From positions 2,976,001 to 3,040,000 of the forward strand of contig NW_027191413.1 of NCBI RefSeq assembly GCF_041146345.1: DNA of 64,000 bases, read 5' to 3'. Source of the stretch: Neodothiora populina (taxonomy: Eukaryota). The position numbers and the translations under genes are program-made. The stretch's first letter is position 1; each line of letters opens with the position of its first letter. The notes under the pieces are model-generated. The model did not search any database. It saw nothing but the letters and a program-made list of their open reading frames with translations, and was not told where the DNA came from. Positions 59,013-64,000 of the stretch are shown piece after piece.

Positions 59013-60970
59013 TTAGGGTCGCTGCATGTTTAGATCACAGAACTTCCTCATGCGCTCCCACATATCGATCAGATGTCTTCTTTCACTGATGAGGTGACCC
59101 TCTCGAGGATAAGTAACCATGTCGACAGGCACATTGTTGTGAACACACGCCCGATAAAATGCTATGGCCTGCTCTAGAGGCACACGCACATCATTCTCGC
59201 CATGAAGAATCAGGATGGGGGTCTTAACATGACGCATGTGCCACAACGCACTGGCATTGCGACCATCTAAATTCCCAATCCGATCCTTCTCGGGGCTTGT
59301 CGAGTCTTCTCCGGTCTTCACGTCCCATGGAGCACCGCCCACCATTTCGGGCTGGGTAGACCCTTCGCGTGTGGTCATCTGTGGTTGGTCGCAAGGGGGG
59401 TTTCTATCTTACTTTGGAGTCACCCGCGAGGATTTTCGATTCAGAGGAGCCATATGTGGAGCAGGTATATCAGAATGGACCTCTATGGCAATGGGGAGCG
59501 ATATATATATGGCACAAGCCCTGCTAATACTGTAACGCAAGACGTCAATACAGTCCGTGTAATCGACAGTTCCACCTCCTCCAAGAGCGTAAGCCGCATG
59601 TTTTTCACCTCTGCTACTGCCGCCACGGTAGTTGGGACAGAGAACGGCATAACCCATTGAGACTAGAACCGGAACCTCGAGACAATGACAGACAGAGAAG
59701 CCTGTGGTTATTCGCCAGTATGGCCCTCCGTGCGGTATAAGAATTGTTGCGAGTGGCCCATCTTCAGGATTGTATGTGGACGGAACATACATCATTCCGT
59801 CTAGATGATATCCATCTACTGCGCTAGTTGAGATTGACCAGGACTTGGATATTTCCAGGGCAGCGATCCTGGAATTGTGGGCGGACAACTTAACTATACC
59901 AGCAGGCTTTGAGACAGAAAAGACCTCCTCTGGATTCGACCCATCACCTTTGCTGATCGCAACGACAGCTTTATTTCGAGTCTTGAGGACGTCAAATGAT
60001 ACCATCTCACACTCATCGCCAAAGACCATTGTACGAGTGCTATTACTGATTGAGTAGGACTCGTCAGTTAGGTACCTTTGGACACGGTAAGATATGCAAG
60101 ATTGATTCTTCCGCATTGTTATACAACAGTGCTCCTCGTTGCCATCCTTATGCTCTACATAGCAACTGCTCTTGACATCAAGTTCGTATAACGAAAGAGA
60201 AGTCAAGATATGATTTGGGACATGACCAGCAATGAAGTAAACACCACAGTCTCCCCATGCAATCTGGCTGATTCGACCAGGGAATTCGATGATTTTTTTC
60301 GGCTCCAGTCCAGACTTGGATGTCAGCCAGATCTCTGCACCGTAGATGCATGGAGAGTTGCAACATAGCAAAGTTCTTGCGAATCAGAGCTCCAAGTGAA
60401 ATCATGCACGTGTCTGTGGTCACTAACGATGGTGTCGACTTGCCTTGTGACAATATCGACAACCCTCAGGCGGTGGTATTCTTGGTCGTGGCCCCAGATG
60501 TTCGGATCGTCTTTCGCTTTCTCCTTTGCAACCTGCTCAATTGTCTTCTCATCCGCGCTTGTGTATGCGATACTTGTGCCGGTACAGTCCCATCGAAATT
60601 GCACAATTTGCTTTTCAAATTCTACCGGTGTTATAGGGTATGCTTCTCCACCACTGACTGACAACAGATACACGGCAGAACTTTGCCCTGGCCGTTGTCG
60701 GTCCGATTTGAACGCGACTGTTGTTCCCGACGGAGACCACTCGGGCTGTTCGTCATTGTATAGACCCAAAGTGAACTGGCGACTGCTTTTCTCTTCGCCG
60801 ACTTTGGCAATCCAGATTGAGGAAGTGGCGTTTTCGCCCTCCTTACTGTAAGCTTGCAATGCATAGGCAATCAGGTTCCCATCAGGAGAAATTGAAATAT
60901 CACGAGGAACTTGAAGGTCGGCAAGAGCCACCAAGCTCAACTCTGGCCTGTTACTTGCATCACTCCTCAT
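59013..60970 (-). pseudogene. S9 (acylaminoacyl/dipeptidyl) peptidase pseudogene with an internal inversion and a frameshift
   Basis: Propeller repeats (ISPDG, EWSPSG, TWSSDS), PHGGPY, PNYRGGSSRG, ILHGENDVRVP, YPREGH on the minus strand. The nucleophile motif GWSQGG lies on the plus strand (59349-59520). Frame change near 60360. Confidence 0.9.
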
Positions 60971-62013
60971 TGTTCTTGTTTCGAGTGCTGGTAGGCAAGT
61001 CTTTGAGAGAGGGAACCTCAGACAGTGAAAACTGCGAGGTCCAAGGGATTGTATGCATCTGGACTGCTTTGACCAATAGCGTCAATTGTCTCCGAACTCT
61101 TCCGTGCTATCAGTTGTACTATAACCTCATCTAATTTGACTGAGATAATTAGCAACCCCCCAACTACGCACCCCTGCTAGGATTTGCTTCGCTTCAATGT
61201 TATCACGGTAACGTTATCTACGCGAGAGTCATCTACCTTATTTTCGATTCGGCATTGTGCTTGACTACCTCGCAAGAAACGGCACTATGGGCTCTCAATT
61301 CATAGCTACACATTTGGAATGAGTCCTCGCGGGATCGCGGTCAGATGCAGGCAACGAGTCCTTGGCGGGGATTAGGTATAGGCTTATGCGGCTCTGGCAT
61401 TGTGATTGACAGCCGCAGTTGGGACGCCGCAAAGCACAATGAACAATCTGGCTCTAGATGTGGAGGGGTCAGAGATGAGGACAACCGGATAAATAGCGCA
61501 GCAGCGCCTATGTACAGTAAGGCAACAGGAAACTAATATATTGATGAAGCATCAGTACTGGTGTACCTTTCTCTGGCATGGACAGCTTATCACTGATGAG
61601 ATTTACTATCGTCACCGCAGTTGCCATACCTACCCCGCACTACCTTGACTCGCTGCTGTGACATTGTTCCACCTTCATTACAGTGTCCATGGTATGACAG
61701 GAGAGGGAAACAAGGCTGCCATTTACAAAGTACGACTTTCTGCCAACAGGTTTGTACGGCTTCCATATTCCTTTACATCTCATCGTATGTTGGATGTCGC
61801 AAAGCTACTGATACCATTGACTTGTTGGCATCGCCGCAGTTTCATTGATCCTGCTTATCCGAGGCACTTTGCATACGACTCTGCAACATCTACGTGAGAC
61901 TCATCAAGTTTATGAAGACTCTGCATGATGAGATCATATTCGGACGACACCGCTTTTCGTCCGCTCTGGACTGATATCAACGAGGCGTTGCGCACGTTCC
62001 TGGAATCACCAGC

Positions 62014-63893
62014 ATGAGCAGCAATCTAGAACGTGTAGCGCCCTCGTTCCTCCGAGATAGGCCTTATAAAGTTGTCCAGAGTCCTCCTGACTTAGCCTAC
62101 TGGAGGGCGCGGATTGGTATGCTCGTGGAGAATGAGGTGGTGTTGCACAAAGATGAATTTGACAGGTACTTCCCCTACCTCAGCAATATCTGGTGGTATG
62201 TAAGGACAGGGTGGACATTTACACGAGGGGAGGACACCCCGGATAAAGAGACAACCTGGTATGACTGCAGGCTGCCTCTAGCGATGCGAAAACTCGAGGG
62301 AGAATTGTGTGACTACCATATGGAAGTGAACGAAGATCTGCGGACCGGTCGAATAGTTATAAAACGTACCGGGGACCAAAGTCTCCATACACACTCGCTA
62401 GCTGATGCTGACAAGATCGATATCGAATCGAACGATGGTCTAAGGAATCTGGTTCTATCAATGATCTGGTGTGGAACAGAGCCATGCGAGATTATGAAGA
62501 TTTCCGCGAAGCAAATGTAACCGGAGAGAAGCTACTTGATGCTGGTGGTGAATATCTTACCGAAAAAATCATCGATCGATGGTGTAGGACGTTCAGCAAA
62601 TTATTTCCGAACATATGGCGTAACGGTAATAGAGCTGTATCGGATCATTTGGACACGATCAAGGCTGGCAAGGATGACTTTACAGGCTCATATGTCGAGG
62701 ATACAAAACCGAGACGAGGAAGCGGGTTGAAGGATCCTGAGGGGGTACCATCGACAATTCAGCAAGCGGAATTTCTTGTTCGGACAACCGGGGTGAAGGA
62801 GGGATACGATGTCTGTGAATCGTGTTTCGACTTCCTGACCAATCCGGCTAACACTTCTCGACTTACCGAGATAAACACCATGGAGGGCCATCTAACCAAA
62901 TGGGTCATATTGCGGATCGTTACTGAGAGCGCCAAGCAAGGTTGTCGTCTATGCCAGTTATTTCTAGTCAATCGACCTGAAAGTCTTGGTTGTTATGGAA
63001 ACGACAAGAATGAAGGTTACTACGTACGAGTACTGGCAACTAAGCAAAGGTATCTGAGACTGAGAGGAGACAGTCTGGATTTTGACATATTCATAGTCAG
63101 TCATGCTCCTGATTTGCAAACAGTCGATAATCCATATTGGGCACCTGAGCAGAGAGACGCTTGTGTGTCTGCAAGATCTGGTACGTCTGTTGCACATTCT
63201 CAATTATATGACCAGTGGAATGATTCTTCTGTTCTAGGCGACGTAGCTGCTTCACATATCTCGTCAAGGCCGGTAGTTACCGACTCTTCGTCCGAGCGAG
63301 CTTTTTATCTCATGAACGATCAGATCAAAGACTGCCTCGAAAATCATGGCGAGCCCACAACATGCATCCAAACCAAATTGCCCTTTCGCGTGGTCGATGT
63401 CGACAACCCTCATCTCATAAAAGTTATCAATACTGAAGGGCAGACCGGGAGATATATAACTTTGAGCTACTGCTGGGGAGCAAAAGAACAATCGATCATG
63501 CTGAAATCAAACACTATAGACGAACTCCAAAAGGCGTATCCGGTGAAAAAGCTTCCCAAAACCATCACTGATGCGATATTGGTGACTCGAAAATTGGGCA
63601 TCCGGTACCTCTGGGTGGATGTACTTTGTATCATTCAAGACGATGCGACAGACAAGAGCGAGCAGATTGCGTGCATCAAAGACATATTTGCAGGTGCATA
63701 TGTTGCCATTTGCGCCGCCCGCGCCGAGTGTTACAGGGACGGTTTCTTAGGCCGCAGCACTGAAGGTCGATTCACTGTGTCCAGGCGATACGATAAGTCG
63801 ATTGCTTGTTCAACCCCAATTCCATGCAAATTTGTCGAGAGAGCCAATCTGGTCACGAGCATGGACATTAGAAGAACGGCTGTTGTCACCTAG
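62014..63893 (+). CDS. HET-domain (heterokaryon incompatibility) protein with an N-terminal C2H2-type zinc-finger-like domain; frameshifted, 3' end uncertain
   Basis: LPFRVVDV, YITLSYCWG, LPKTITDAILVTRKLGIRYLWVDVLCIIQDD, DIFAGAYVAICAA. The upstream ORF 62014-62520 joins through a -1 frameshift at about 62501. Probable in-frame intron 63181-63237. Confidence 0.82.
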
Positions 63894-64000
63894 GAGCTCG
63901 ATCTTTGGTAAATCTGCATTATGTTGGGAATGCGACCATAAGCAATATATCATGCCAGACAGGATGATGGAAGAGAAGGGCATCCCGTTGAGGTTGGTCT

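Overview
Eukaryotic DNA from a filamentous ascomycete, probably a Dothideomycete such as Aureobasidium (taxon inferred from gene content and short GT-AG introns with CTRAC branch sites). The left third (about 0.2-23.4 kb) holds intact, mostly conserved genes: a PTH11-like membrane protein, an amino-acid permease, an SDR, a DUF3405 protein, a bestrophin-like channel, Shp1/Ubx1, Mim1, an Mpp6-like protein and a hexose transporter. It also holds two unannotated structured-RNA candidates, a roughly 600-nt multi-hairpin element upstream of the DUF3405 gene and an H/ACA-like RNA in the long SHP1 intron. The right part (about 27-64 kb) looks accessory: a spliced 85-aa secreted protein with 8 Cys, a Zn2Cys6 TF + NCS1 permease + 2OG-Fe(II) dioxygenase trio, an MFS efflux pump with its TF, a lactonase, an acyltransferase-3, an SDR and a Dal5-like permease. 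It ends in a run of damaged genes: truncated DUF1907 and NRPS A-domain relics, a frameshifted ADH, TFs without an intact start or zinc cluster, an S9 peptidase whose catalytic-serine segment is cleanly inverted (172 bp), and a frameshifted HET gene with an unusual N-terminal zinc-finger-like domain. No rRNA, tRNA, CRISPR array or intact transposon was recognised. All family calls come from motif recognition by eye; no database search was run.
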